DNA from: Candidatus Sungiibacteriota bacterium
Lineage (GTDB): Bacteria; Patescibacteriota; Minisyncoccia; Sungbacterales; HO2-52-23
Reading direction: 5' to 3'
Length of the DNA stretch: 64,000 bases
NCBI GenBank assembly: GCA_016206285.1
Contig: JACQRW010000024.1
Span: 1,376-65,375, forward strand
Under the pieces are notes generated by a model. It did no database searches. It saw only the letters and a list, made by a program, of their open reading frames with translations, and was not told where the DNA came from. Both the position numbers and the translations under genes were made by a program. This document shows, piece after piece, positions 55,098 to 64,000 of this stretch (position 1 is its first letter; the number at the start of each line of letters is the position of its first letter).

Positions 55098-55616
55098 TTA
55101 CGGCAATGCCTTCACGCGTATGCCGATGCGCAAGCGGACTTTGGGCGAGTCCTCAATGCGTTGAATCGACAGATCGTCAATTATCAACTGGTATGGGGCT
55201 GACTCCATCAGTTTGAGAACATCTGCGACATTTTCTTCCGCCCCCTCGATGGTAAAACGAAAAGCCATCATGTCGCCGGCAGTTTCTCTATTGTCCAGAT
55301 CAATGGCGATTGCGGTGCGCGTCACAGCTCCAAGCGTCTCAAATTTTTTGAAAAATGCCACCGGATTTGTCCGGCTGATGCCAAGCGCCCGTATCCGGTC
55401 AAAATCGGCGCTATGCTCGCGAAGCAAGGTTTTGAGTGCTCCGGCCTGCTGCTGTTCCTTGCGCCGGGAAGCAATATCCGTATCGGACTGGAGAAGTTCG
55501 AATGCCGAATTCGCGACATATCCGTACATCCATACATACGCGGCAATAAGGGCGACTATGGCGGACATGACGCATATGCCGGTTACGAAAAGTTTTTGTA
55601 TTGGCTTTAATTTCAT
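55098..55616 (-). CDS. PilO-like type IV pilus assembly protein
   Basis: N-terminal TM helix, coiled coil, then a PilO-like C-terminal domain; lies directly downstream of the pilM/pilN homologs. Confidence 0.5.
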   Translation of the reverse strand: MKLKPIQKLFVTGICVMSAIVALIAAYVWMYGYVANSAFELLQSDTDIASRRKEQQQAGALKTLLREHSADFDRIRALGISRTNPVAFFKKFETLGAVTRTAIAIDLDNRETAGDMMAFRFTIEGAEENVADVLKLMESAPYQLIIDDLSIQRIEDSPKVRLRIGIRVKALP

Positions 55617-55621
55617 AGATA

Positions 55622-56167
55622 TTACAATTCCTGTCCTGCTTTTAATTTACCCCGCATCGTAAAGTGAATATCGGCGCTGCGGATGATATCGGAAATGGGA
55701 AAGGACACGCTTTCGAGCATCTGCGAATCTTGAAGTTGTTTCTGAAAAAGTAAAAGGTCATCCCGTGTCTGCGCAAATCCGCTTATGGCAACATCTCCGC
55801 CCCTTGCAATCGAGAGTGTTTCAACCCGGACCGATCCGGACCTGACAAAAAATGTTTTGACCGATTGTGATGCATATCCGCGGCGGTCAAGAAACAGGCG
55901 CGCCTCTTTCAACAGAACACCCGTCTGCATGGCATCGGAAAATGCTTCCCGTAAGTTGAGCTTTTCGGCAAGCATGGCTTCCGCGGAGGCCTGTTCCGAT
56001 ACGTTGCTCTGCGCCATGGAGAGAAAGATGTATGAAGGAGTCAGCAAGATCAACCCGATCATAAGAATCCCCGCAGCCCGTGCACCGAAAAAAGAAATAA
56101 GGCGGCGGTATTCTTCAAGCTGAACGGCTTTTTTTTCTTCCGGCGGAAGAAGATTGGCAGTAAGCAT
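55622..56167 (-). CDS. PilN-like type IV pilus assembly protein
   Basis: Short cytoplasmic N-terminus, TM helix (AAGILMIGLILLTPSYIFL), periplasmic domain; immediately downstream of pilM. Confidence 0.5.
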   Translation of the reverse strand: MLTANLLPPEEKKAVQLEEYRRLISFFGARAAGILMIGLILLTPSYIFLSMAQSNVSEQASAEAMLAEKLNLREAFSDAMQTGVLLKEARLFLDRRGYASQSVKTFFVRSGSVRVETLSIARGGDVAISGFAQTRDDLLLFQKQLQDSQMLESVSFPISDIIRSADIHFTMRGKLKAGQEL

Positions 56168-56176
56168 AAAAAATTA

Positions 56177-57301
56177 TTATGAAGTACGAAGGCTCCGAAG
56201 CGCCAGACCAATGGTGGTTGCAAACGCCAGGGATTCATTTCTGCGAAGCGGCGGCACCGCAAATAAATGCCGGGGATACGCGGCAACCAACGGATCGGCA
56301 AGGCGCACCGGCAGACGCACCGCCTGGGAAAGATAGGTTTCAAGGCCAAAGAGACTGGCATCGCCCCCGACCAGCATGATGGATTGCACCGCATCAGACG
56401 CGCCATGCATATGTTCGGCATGATGGCTGTAATATGCAACCACCCGTTTTAATTCATCTCCAAGAACCGCCATAATCGGAAGCAGCGCATCAAATACGGC
56501 ACCATTCCGTTCTTTGCGGTTCAACCCGGTCTCGATTTTTATCAGGCGCGCCTCCTGCGGACTTATGTGAAAGGCTTTTGCGAGATGTTCTTCAAAAAGC
56601 TGTCCCCCCAGCTCAATCGTAGTCGTAAAAACGATCGCCCCGCCGACGCATACGATAAAACTGGTCCGGGTGCGCCCGATATCCACAATAATGCGGCTGA
56701 TGTTGTCGGCAAAATCCGGTACAACCGACCGGGTAATTGCCTGAGATTCGAGCTCAAGCGCGGCAAGCGACAGACCGGCGCGATGAAGCACCCGGACATA
56801 CCCCTCAATCAGCGATTTTGGAAAAGCCGTCACCGCCACGTCAAGATGATCCGTCTGTTTTGCGCGATCCGGCGGCACAATAATCTCATAATCATAAATC
56901 AACTCATCAAACGCAAGCGGAATATTCGCCTCTATTTCCCACCGGATCGCGTGTTCCACCTCCTCTTCTTTCATTTGTGGCAGCTGGATCACCCGCAAGA
57001 AACTTTTTTCTTCCGGAAGCGATACGACAAAAAACGACGACCGGGGAATCCGCTTTTCACCGGCCCGCCACTCGGAGAAAATGCGCGAAAGCTCGTCTTC
57101 TTTTTCTTTTTGAATCTCGCCTTTCACGATAATCCCCTCCGGCACGGAAAATTCACCGGAAGCCGCAAGGCCGTGTACGCCTTTTTTTATTTTGGGATCA
57201 AACGCAAGATATTTTACGGAAACATCCGAAATATCAAGCCCCGCGATCGGAAGCCGAACCATTGGACCGACATACTGCTCGATGAACTGTGAGATGCGCA
57301 T
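56177..57301 (-). CDS. pilM: Type IV pilus assembly ATPase-like protein PilM (actin/FtsA fold); start trimmed to MRISQFIEQY
   Basis: GLDISDVSVKYLAFD and IVDIGRTRTSFIVCVGG match the PilM/FtsA phosphate-binding loops. Confidence 0.75.
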   Translation of the reverse strand: MRISQFIEQYVGPMVRLPIAGLDISDVSVKYLAFDPKIKKGVHGLAASGEFSVPEGIIVKGEIQKEKEDELSRIFSEWRAGEKRIPRSSFFVVSLPEEKSFLRVIQLPQMKEEEVEHAIRWEIEANIPLAFDELIYDYEIIVPPDRAKQTDHLDVAVTAFPKSLIEGYVRVLHRAGLSLAALELESQAITRSVVPDFADNISRIIVDIGRTRTSFIVCVGGAIVFTTTIELGGQLFEEHLAKAFHISPQEARLIKIETGLNRKERNGAVFDALLPIMAVLGDELKRVVAYYSHHAEHMHGASDAVQSIMLVGGDASLFGLETYLSQAVRLPVRLADPLVAAYPRHLFAVPPLRRNESLAFATTIGLALRSLRTS

Positions 57302-57318
57302 AGGACTATTGTAGCAAA

Positions 57319-59091
57319 TTATGGCACCTGTTGCCACTCGTCAATCGAGTACCCGCCCGCAGGTCCGGAGGAAAACTGCAGGTTTGCCAGACCTGATTCA
57401 TACGTTACAACCGCTTTGTCCATATCAATGCCATAGGCAGTCACTTCTTTTGCCGTGGCATTGTTGCTCAGGTGGATGCGCCCGTGCGGCGCAAAGTAGA
57501 TGACGCCGGTCGAGTTATTGCTCACATCCATCACCTGGCTGGACGGCGTGTTTTTGGCGCTCACGAGAAGTACATAACTTCCCGAAGTGCCGGACCCGCC
57601 AAACGTACAATTGTTTGCCACGTCAATTTCATCATCGCCGACCACCACGCCGGAAAGCGTACCGTATCCCGAAGCGAGATTAAGGTGGCAATTGTTTGCA
57701 AAATCAATTTCCCCCTGCACCCAAAGCGTTCCCGCAATTGTCAAAGTTGCGCCGTTTTCAAATGTCAGGTCGCCGGTTATTTTTGCCGGACCAATGCTTT
57801 GAGACCCTGAAACAGTATAATTTCCGTTGATCACGGTACAGCCGGAACATGCGGCATCGTTTTTCCAGTCCTGGATCAAACCGTCGGTAATGGCAAATTC
57901 CTGCCGGATGGGATTTTCTATAATGCAATCGGAATTCGGGCATGAAGCACCATTGATAGTCACGTCTTCAAAAACATTTGCGCGGCCTTTGCTGGTCCCG
58001 CCGGATGCACCGATGGAGATGCCCTCTATTTTTGTGCTCACCCCGCCGATCCAGATTTTGAAATCAAGATCAGCATTTGTGTTCTTCCATGCAGCACTGC
58101 CCGAATCCCAGTCGTCCGCGTATTTGCCGGTATTATTACTATACGCATCAGAGGTATCCTTACGCCATATCCAATAGTTGGTGCCGGAATTTGATCCATA
58201 ATCAAGCACAATCCAATAGGTATTCCCGCTCACGACATTTGTCGGCGTTTCAAAAGAAACATTGATCCAAGATTCTGATGCCCCGATGCTGCTTTTGGAG
58301 ATAGTCGCACTGGCAAGACTTGCCGTTGACGGTTTGCCCCCATTATCAGCGGCGATATGTAACGTCAGGTCATTGGCGGGATTGCCGGCTTTCTTGATAT
58401 ACACCGAAACCCGATTAAGCGCGCCGGTCGAGGTGGCAAGAAAAGACTGCGCGATATCGCGGCTGCCCGTAGTTGTTGCAAACGCCTGATCCGCATCGCT
58501 CATCTCCCACGAGTAACTTGATGTCGCGGAAATACCGCCGGCAACAATCACATCTCCGGTCACGCTTCCCGATCCGGTTACGTTGCCGTTTGAATACACA
58601 TTTCCGACAACCTGTCCTTCGTTATGCGCAATATCAAGACCGCCGTCCCCAACCTGAATTCCATAATGAAAACTGATCGAATCAGTTGTAACGGTGATCT
58701 TGGTTTCGAGATTTTGCTGGAAATTATCGCGCTTGCCGGCCGAGCGCACTGTCTTTTGCGTGCCGGCTGTAGAAACGGTAATCGTAGTGGTGCCGTTGCC
58801 CACGTCGAGCGTTTCGCTTGCCGAATACTGTTTTCCCGAAACCACGCGGTAGACCATATCTTCAATGCCGCCTTCCGCAATGTACCGTGATTCGACCGAT
58901 TTGGTGAAAGCGGCATTGGTGCGCACCTCCTGTACGGCAAAAAACGTAAACCCGCCGACAATCGTGAGCGAAATAATCATTACCAGCAGCGTTGCGGTCA
59001 ACGCGACGTAACCGGCCGTTTTCCGGTGAAAACGGAATTTCCAATTTTTAATTTCTAATTTCCAAAGAATTTGGATTTTGGATTTTGACAT
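57319..59091 (-). CDS. Large (~590 aa) pilus-associated protein with N-terminal TM anchor and a long beta-rich Gly/Thr/Ser/Asn extracellular region (possible tip/adhesin-like pseudopilin). Start trimmed to MSKSKIQ.
   Basis: Lies within the pilin gene run; hydrophobic anchor GYVALTATLLVMIISLTIVGGF. The 5' coding region consists of AT-rich short tandem repeats. Confidence 0.45.
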   Translation of the reverse strand: MSKSKIQILWKLEIKNWKFRFHRKTAGYVALTATLLVMIISLTIVGGFTFFAVQEVRTNAAFTKSVESRYIAEGGIEDMVYRVVSGKQYSASETLDVGNGTTTITVSTAGTQKTVRSAGKRDNFQQNLETKITVTTDSISFHYGIQVGDGGLDIAHNEGQVVGNVYSNGNVTGSGSVTGDVIVAGGISATSSYSWEMSDADQAFATTTGSRDIAQSFLATSTGALNRVSVYIKKAGNPANDLTLHIAADNGGKPSTASLASATISKSSIGASESWINVSFETPTNVVSGNTYWIVLDYGSNSGTNYWIWRKDTSDAYSNNTGKYADDWDSGSAAWKNTNADLDFKIWIGGVSTKIEGISIGASGGTSKGRANVFEDVTINGASCPNSDCIIENPIRQEFAITDGLIQDWKNDAACSGCTVINGNYTVSGSQSIGPAKITGDLTFENGATLTIAGTLWVQGEIDFANNCHLNLASGYGTLSGVVVGDDEIDVANNCTFGGSGTSGSYVLLVSAKNTPSSQVMDVSNNSTGVIYFAPHGRIHLSNNATAKEVTAYGIDMDKAVVTYESGLANLQFSSGPAGGYSIDEWQQVP

Positions 59092-59104
59092 TTGAATTTT
59101 ATAG

Positions 59105-59644
59105 TTAATACGTCCCTCGGAGCGCCGCTGCGGCGTGCAGTGTGCTTGAGGCTGTGAACTGCGCATCTGCGAAGCCGGTGATCTGCAGCGTAATTACCAC
59201 CGCTTCGCGCCCAAGCCCCTGGCTGATCTGGTCAAACCGCATCTGGTTGACGCGCACCGACGGCGAAGTTACAGACGTAGTGGCCGCTCCCTCTTTGCGC
59301 ATCCAGACCCTGCCGTTATCGAGCCAGAAATCAATGTGGTTGACTGTCTCTTCGGAAGACGCCCCGACGGGTGTTACAATGCTCAATTGCCCCGCATTGC
59401 TTCCAAACACGCTTGTCGGGCTGTAAATCGCCTGGCTGCCTGAAATCTGCTGCATGAGTTGCTCTATAACCAAGCGCCCGTTTGAAACCACGCTGCGTTG
59501 GGCGCGCACCCGGTCATACGTGCGCACCACCCGCATCAGTGTTGCAATAATGAGCACCATAAACACGCTCAACATGCCCACATAAATGACAAGCTCAAGC
59601 ATGCTGATTCCCGATCTGTATGTGCGACACTCGGTGTTTAACAT
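59105..59644 (-). CDS. Prepilin-type (pseudopilin) protein
   Basis: Leader MLNTECRTYRS, cleavage motif G/ISMLE with Glu at +5, then a hydrophobic helix. Confidence 0.6.
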   Translation of the reverse strand: MLNTECRTYRSGISMLELVIYVGMLSVFMVLIIATLMRVVRTYDRVRAQRSVVSNGRLVIEQLMQQISGSQAIYSPTSVFGSNAGQLSIVTPVGASSEETVNHIDFWLDNGRVWMRKEGAATTSVTSPSVRVNQMRFDQISQGLGREAVVITLQITGFADAQFTASSTLHAAAALRGTY

Positions 59645-59647
59645 ATA

Positions 59648-60673
59648 TTATGGCGAGCTATATATTTTAAATCCGAAATCATAGTTGCTCAATAAAGTAC
59701 CGCCGTAGCCCGGATCGGAAAAATGCCCCACCGAACTGCTGGCAACACCGCCCGCATAGGGATTTGAAGAACCGTATGTCCAATACAGTGTGCCGCTGCC
59801 GCCTGATCCTGCATCAGCCGCGCTTGGCCTGGCACGCAAACGAATAGTGTATTTTTTGCCTGCGCCCAAAGAAACAAAATTTTGAAACCGGAATTCAACC
59901 CATGCGCCGGAACTGGTTGAGATCGTGGTACCCGTAATCTGGCTGGAGACGCCAAGCACGTTCCCCAAGGCATTTTCGCGGAGTTCGGCATACACATCCG
60001 ACGGAGCGGCGGCCGCATCGCGCCGGAGCAGCAGATCAATCCGCGAAACTTTTATGGCACTCGCCGGAGCAAGAAAAGACTGTGTCAAATCGCCGCTGCC
60101 GTCTCCGGAAGGAAAACTAAAATTAGATTCGTTCCCCGCATTTTCGTACGAAACCTGTTTGGTTTCTCCGGCGCCGCCCAGCGATGCCTGAAAATTCGTG
60201 ATATATGAAATAACACTGGAACTTTTTCCGCTCCCCCACTCAACACGGCTGGTCACTTTTCTCGTATTGGCATCTGCGGTTCCGGATGCGGCAATTTTGT
60301 CCTGGCTGTCGCGGAATACTTTGGCAAACGTGACAAAGCGCGTATAGGTGCCGTTGATGGCCGGCTGCGCCGCAGCGGTCAACTGCCATTTTCCGTTTTG
60401 CACAACCGGATAATAGCGGGTGGCGCCGGTGTCATCGAGAACGGCAATATTGTTTACCCACGATTCGTCCCGTACGGACCGCACCGCTTCAAGCGCCTCT
60501 CCGGCCAGCAGTGCTGCCTCCATATTTTCCTGACCGGCACGAAACAGCCGCAGCGCCGACACTTCGGCACGCATAAATACGAGAAAGGTCATGACAATGA
60601 TCCCGCATACGATGATCATTTCGATCAAGCCGAACCCGTCTTTGTTTTTCGTTTTATGTTTTATGTTTTTCAT
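59648..60673 (-). CDS. Prepilin-type (pseudopilin) protein
   Basis: Leader MKNIKHKTKNKD, motif G/FGLIE, then a hydrophobic helix; 341 aa. Confidence 0.65.
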   Translation of the reverse strand: MKNIKHKTKNKDGFGLIEMIIVCGIIVMTFLVFMRAEVSALRLFRAGQENMEAALLAGEALEAVRSVRDESWVNNIAVLDDTGATRYYPVVQNGKWQLTAAAQPAINGTYTRFVTFAKVFRDSQDKIAASGTADANTRKVTSRVEWGSGKSSSVISYITNFQASLGGAGETKQVSYENAGNESNFSFPSGDGSGDLTQSFLAPASAIKVSRIDLLLRRDAAAAPSDVYAELRENALGNVLGVSSQITGTTISTSSGAWVEFRFQNFVSLGAGKKYTIRLRARPSAADAGSGGSGTLYWTYGSSNPYAGGVASSSVGHFSDPGYGGTLLSNYDFGFKIYSSP

Positions 60674-60676
60674 GTA

Positions 60677-61657
60677 CTATGGTTCCGTTATCGTCCCGCC
60701 GGACGAGCCCACGGTAAGCGTACGGCAATCCGCCTCGTAGGTGGCAATCCAGCTCGCGTCAATTTCAATTTTGACTTTTTTGGTATTCAGGCGGCAATCA
60801 CGATCTATGGAAAGCGCAGTATCGGCACCGGAAAGCGCCAGGGTATGTATGCGCAGTACCTGGTCAAATCCGCCGATCGTGTTGGTTCCGGACCAGTCGA
60901 ATTTTGTTTTGCCGCCGTCAAAGTAGCCGGCCATGGGAATGGTCACTACCGTATCTGTGCCGGGCGGATCCGAAAACGTAAGTTTCAGGTTGGCTGAATC
61001 CTGAATGCTCCAGCCCAGTTGATACGAGCGGTGGCGCGTATCAAATACCCTGCTGTTGGACGGCGTTGCTGCGGGCTGCGATTCATACACCTTGCCGGTT
61101 TTTTCTATTACTACGCTGCCGGACAATGCCGCAGATCCTGGAACCTGCATAGTAAAAGAGCCGTCCTGATCGGTCTCGCCGCTCAATTGTTTAAATACCA
61201 CATCAGCACCGCCGCCGGTGAGTGAAATCGCCGCAATCTGAACAGTCTGTGGAAGCAAGAACGCCTGCGTGTAGGTGGCCGACGCATACGAGCTTCCCCG
61301 AAAAAGAATTGCCTGCGTCTGTTCCAGATGAACGCCCCAGACAGACCCGTCCTCTCCGGCAAGGGTACGCGCCTGCGCCGTGCGCAAGAAAGAGATCACG
61401 CTCTCCCGCGATGTCGTCAGATCGTGGGTATTGCGCGAATTGATAAAAGATGCGAGCACCATGCCAGCCAGCAAAGTCGCGATCCCGGCAACAATTATGA
61501 TTTCAATAAAAGTAAACCCTGTGTTTCCCGAAGAATTTTCAGATTTGAGCGCAGTTCGAGGCGCGGGTGAGCACCGAAGTAAGGCGTAGGATTCCCTACG
61601 CCGTCGAGGAGCGGAACCCGCAACAAAGAAATGTGCCAAAAATGAAAATTCTTTCAT
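60677..61657 (-). CDS. Prepilin-type protein with canonical G/FTFIE motif (candidate major pilin); true start uncertain, since the leader is unusually long from the first ATG
   Basis: NTGFTFIEIIIVAGIATLLAGMVLA is the class III signal peptide cleavage/methylation motif. Confidence 0.65.
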   Translation of the reverse strand: MKEFSFLAHFFVAGSAPRRRRESYALLRCSPAPRTALKSENSSGNTGFTFIEIIIVAGIATLLAGMVLASFINSRNTHDLTTSRESVISFLRTAQARTLAGEDGSVWGVHLEQTQAILFRGSSYASATYTQAFLLPQTVQIAAISLTGGGADVVFKQLSGETDQDGSFTMQVPGSAALSGSVVIEKTGKVYESQPAATPSNSRVFDTRHRSYQLGWSIQDSANLKLTFSDPPGTDTVVTIPMAGYFDGGKTKFDWSGTNTIGGFDQVLRIHTLALSGADTALSIDRDCRLNTKKVKIEIDASWIATYEADCRTLTVGSSGGTITEP

Positions 61658-62883
61658 ATGTTGTTTAGGCTGCCATAAATCGGCTGCAGCATCGCAACCG
61701 CAAAAAACCCAACGGCAATGCCGATCACGACCATAAGCAGCGGCTCGATGATCGTGGAAAGGTTTTTGGTGGTGGCGGTCACATCTTCTTCAAAAAACAG
61801 TGCAAGCCGCAGCATCATTTCCGATATTTTGCCGGTCTGCTCGCCGACACTGATCATCTGAATCACCATGGGCTGAAAAAGCTGCGGGTATTTTACCAAA
61901 ATCGTATGCAATTCGGTTCCTTTTTGTATTTCCGCGGATGCTTCATGCACCGCAGTCCGAAAGAGCGAATTTCCCAGTACCGACGAGGTAATCTCAAGAG
62001 ACTTTACGATCGGCACTCCGGAGGTAATCAAGTACGAGAGCGTCCGGCAAAACCGGGCAATATTGTATTTTTGGACAAGCGCCCCGAATATCGGCAGCTT
62101 CAAAACCACGCGGTCAAAAACTTCATGCCCGGCAGTACTCTTGAGCATCCGCCAAAATAAAACCCCGATTATCGCAATTCCCCCAAGCAGCCATATCCAG
62201 CGATACACTACAAAATCGCTGATAAAAATAATGATCCGCGTGCTCAAGGGCAGCTCCACGTTCAGTTCCTTGATCGTTTGCGCGAGCGACGGCACCACAT
62301 AGAGCATCATGAGCGTGCCGATCAGACAAAGCACCGTTAAAATAATAATCGGATAGGTCATGGCTCCGCGCACCCGCTTTCGCAGGTCATAATCTTTCTT
62401 CATCTGGTTGGCAAGCAGTTTGAGCACGAGTGCCAGCTTGCCCGTAGCCTCCCCCACCTCGATCATATTGATATACAGCTCGCCAAAAACATCCTGATGC
62501 GGGCGCAGGGCTTCGCCAAAAGGCTTTCCCTGCACCACCGAGCTTTTTATATCAGCCAGAATGCGCTGGAACTTTTTATTGCTCGACTGGTCTCCGGACA
62601 CTTCAAGCGCCTTGGTGAGCGGCAAGCCTGCCGACACCATGATCGCAAGATTGCGCGAAAAAAACATCTTATCCAAAATCGAAATCCCTTTCAAAGCCAC
62701 AATGAGCGCGCCAATATCCACATTAAAACGCCGTCCGGAAACAGCAGCTTTGTCTTTTGCCTCCAATAAAAATAACTCCTCAGCCTTGAGCGCCGCGGCA
62801 AGAGCTTTTTCACTTTCCGCCTCCCGCTCCCCATGCGTTGTTTTTCCCTTCTGATCCGCAGCCGTGTAAATATACATTGGCAT
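61654..62883 (-). CDS. pilC: Type IV pilus/T2SS platform protein (GspF/PilC family)
   Basis: Two T2SSF repeats and three TM segments, 409 aa, with a 4-nt overlap onto the downstream prepilin gene. Confidence 0.85.
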   Translation of the reverse strand: MPMYIYTAADQKGKTTHGEREAESEKALAAALKAEELFLLEAKDKAAVSGRRFNVDIGALIVALKGISILDKMFFSRNLAIMVSAGLPLTKALEVSGDQSSNKKFQRILADIKSSVVQGKPFGEALRPHQDVFGELYINMIEVGEATGKLALVLKLLANQMKKDYDLRKRVRGAMTYPIIILTVLCLIGTLMMLYVVPSLAQTIKELNVELPLSTRIIIFISDFVVYRWIWLLGGIAIIGVLFWRMLKSTAGHEVFDRVVLKLPIFGALVQKYNIARFCRTLSYLITSGVPIVKSLEITSSVLGNSLFRTAVHEASAEIQKGTELHTILVKYPQLFQPMVIQMISVGEQTGKISEMMLRLALFFEEDVTATTKNLSTIIEPLLMVVIGIAVGFFAVAMLQPIYGSLNNI

Positions 62884-63000
62884 ATGGGATTATTATACCA
62901 CTTGACGACCACGCAAACAATTGTGGATAGAAAAAAGTCAAGAAATATGCTATTGTTTCAGGTAGATATTTTACAGCTTTTCATCGAGAGGGAGAAAAGT

Positions 63001-63525
63001 ATGAAGGACGGCACACCTATTATACTGAGATTCGGGTCATGCAGTTGTCTGCCGAAAAAAATACTGTTACCACAGCACTTTACGACCAACTTCATGCATC
63101 AGGGGCGAAAAGTTACGTTGCCATTTGAAATCCAGCATGTCATTATTTCACAAGAAGAAAAGACTATGGCGCGGTTCGAGTCGCGTGTCCACCTTTTTCT
63201 CGATGCACATTATCGCGGATCTTACTGGGAGACATTTCTTGACCTCTGCGATATACACCAATGGAGCAGCAAATGTTATACTCCATATCCTTTTCGGCGT
63301 CGGGTGCGTATCGGCACGCAAGATCTCGTACTATGTGCGGAACGGTGGAAGATTTGGCAACAACCGACCCTTCCTTCTTCAGACGATATTCTCTCCGGCC
63401 TGAAAATCCTTCTCCAACGCCATAAGAGGAAACTTGGTTGGGACGCATTGCCTGCATGGTTTGCCAATATGACCCCGACAGGCTGGACGCTTCCTGAAAG
63501 TTTTTCTCTCATAGAATCATCATAG
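63001..63525 (+). CDS. Hypothetical protein (start trimmed to MKDGTPI, preceded by the SD GAGGGAGAAAAG)
   Basis: The track ORF is 62833..63525; a strong SD precedes the ATG at 63001. Confidence 0.4.
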   Translation: MKDGTPIILRFGSCSCLPKKILLPQHFTTNFMHQGRKVTLPFEIQHVIISQEEKTMARFESRVHLFLDAHYRGSYWETFLDLCDIHQWSSKCYTPYPFRRRVRIGTQDLVLCAERWKIWQQPTLPSSDDILSGLKILLQRHKRKLGWDALPAWFANMTPTGWTLPESFSLIESS

Positions 63526-63660
63526 CACGATCTTTCACCCAACCGCGGCCCTGTACTCCATGCAGAGCCGCTTTTTTATTGCTCACTGAGTAAATAAAAA
63601 GCCGCGCAATGGTGTATCGCACAGCTCAACTAATAAAAAAACTAAAAAGAGAAGGACAAT

Positions 63661-64000
63661 TTACTGGGGATTATCAAAAAGAGTCCATTTTGAAACCCGA
63701 CAGACATCTACATCATACCGTACGATTTCTTGGCCATTGTTAAATACGGCTCGAAAGTCATAACGGCAATATCCGGAACCATCGTCAATATTCACTCGCA
63801 CCTGATAGCCAGGCCTCAAAACATCGTTGCCAAGAATATCTTCTTCCCAGCCACCCCTACTGCGATTTGACGCATGAAAACGTACCATCGTATACGATGT
63901 CCGGTTGATAACTAAAACATGCCGGTCGTGGGAATCGCCCGCAAATGCCGCTATAGGAAACCATGAAAGCGCCATTACCAATAACGCACCGATGAAACGC
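63661..64000 (-). CDS. Secreted hypothetical protein, 5' end truncated by the window edge (TTG or an upstream start beyond 64000)
   Basis: The reading frame is open to the window edge, and the N-terminal region reads like a signal peptide (...RFIGALLVMALSWFPIAAFAGD). Confidence 0.4.
   Translation of the reverse strand, partial: RFIGALLVMALSWFPIAAFAGDSHDRHVLVINRTSYTMVRFHASNRSRGGWEEDILGNDVLRPGYQVRVNIDDGSGYCRYDFRAVFNNGQEIVRYDVDVCRVSKWTLFDNPQ

Overview
A 64-kb window from what looks like a small-genome bacterium: GC around 45-50%, 16 tRNA genes, a compact IF-2, and frequent apparently leaderless starts, a combination reminiscent of Patescibacteria/CPR. Housekeeping genes are present throughout. 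On the minus strand are ftsE-ftsX, prfB (with the conserved +1 programmed frameshift site CTT-TGA-C), gatB, rbfA and infB. On the plus strand are rplS, hisS, an rluA-family pseudouridine synthase, an ECF sigma/anti-sigma pair, a DsbA-like gene and an HtrA protease. A minus-strand type IV pilus-like cluster spans 54.7-62.9 kb (pilC, three prepilin-like genes, a giant pilus-associated protein, pilM, pilN, pilO). The dominant and most unusual feature is a ~17.6-kb tandem array (11660-29273, minus strand) of ten ~575-650 aa paralogs of a cysteine-rich protein family I cannot name. Each paralog has four CxxC-type zinc-ribbon-like modules and two copies of an internal C-x2-C-x2-C-F-G-C...LRNKxYCIFNKQYSxEEY repeat. 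Most are translationally coupled to the next by ATGA stop/start overlaps. A hicBA toxin-antitoxin pair is embedded in the array, a second hicBA lies just outside it, and one paralog has lost its zinc-ligand cysteines. A ~50-nt DNA block at the 5' end of every copy is conserved at the nucleotide level. Other notable items are a His-codon leader peptide with a terminator/antiterminator attenuator upstream of hisS, and a LAGLIDADG homing endonuclease gene whose reading frame runs into tRNA-Leu(UAA). There is also an 18-bp direct repeat of the tRNA-Gly(GCC) 3' end, a tRNA 3' fragment next to tRNA-Gln, and a 109-bp palindromic element carrying an SD-equipped mini-ORF. Many genes have a TATACT-like hexamer 6-7 nt before the start codon. 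All calls are from reading the sequence by eye; no searches were run.
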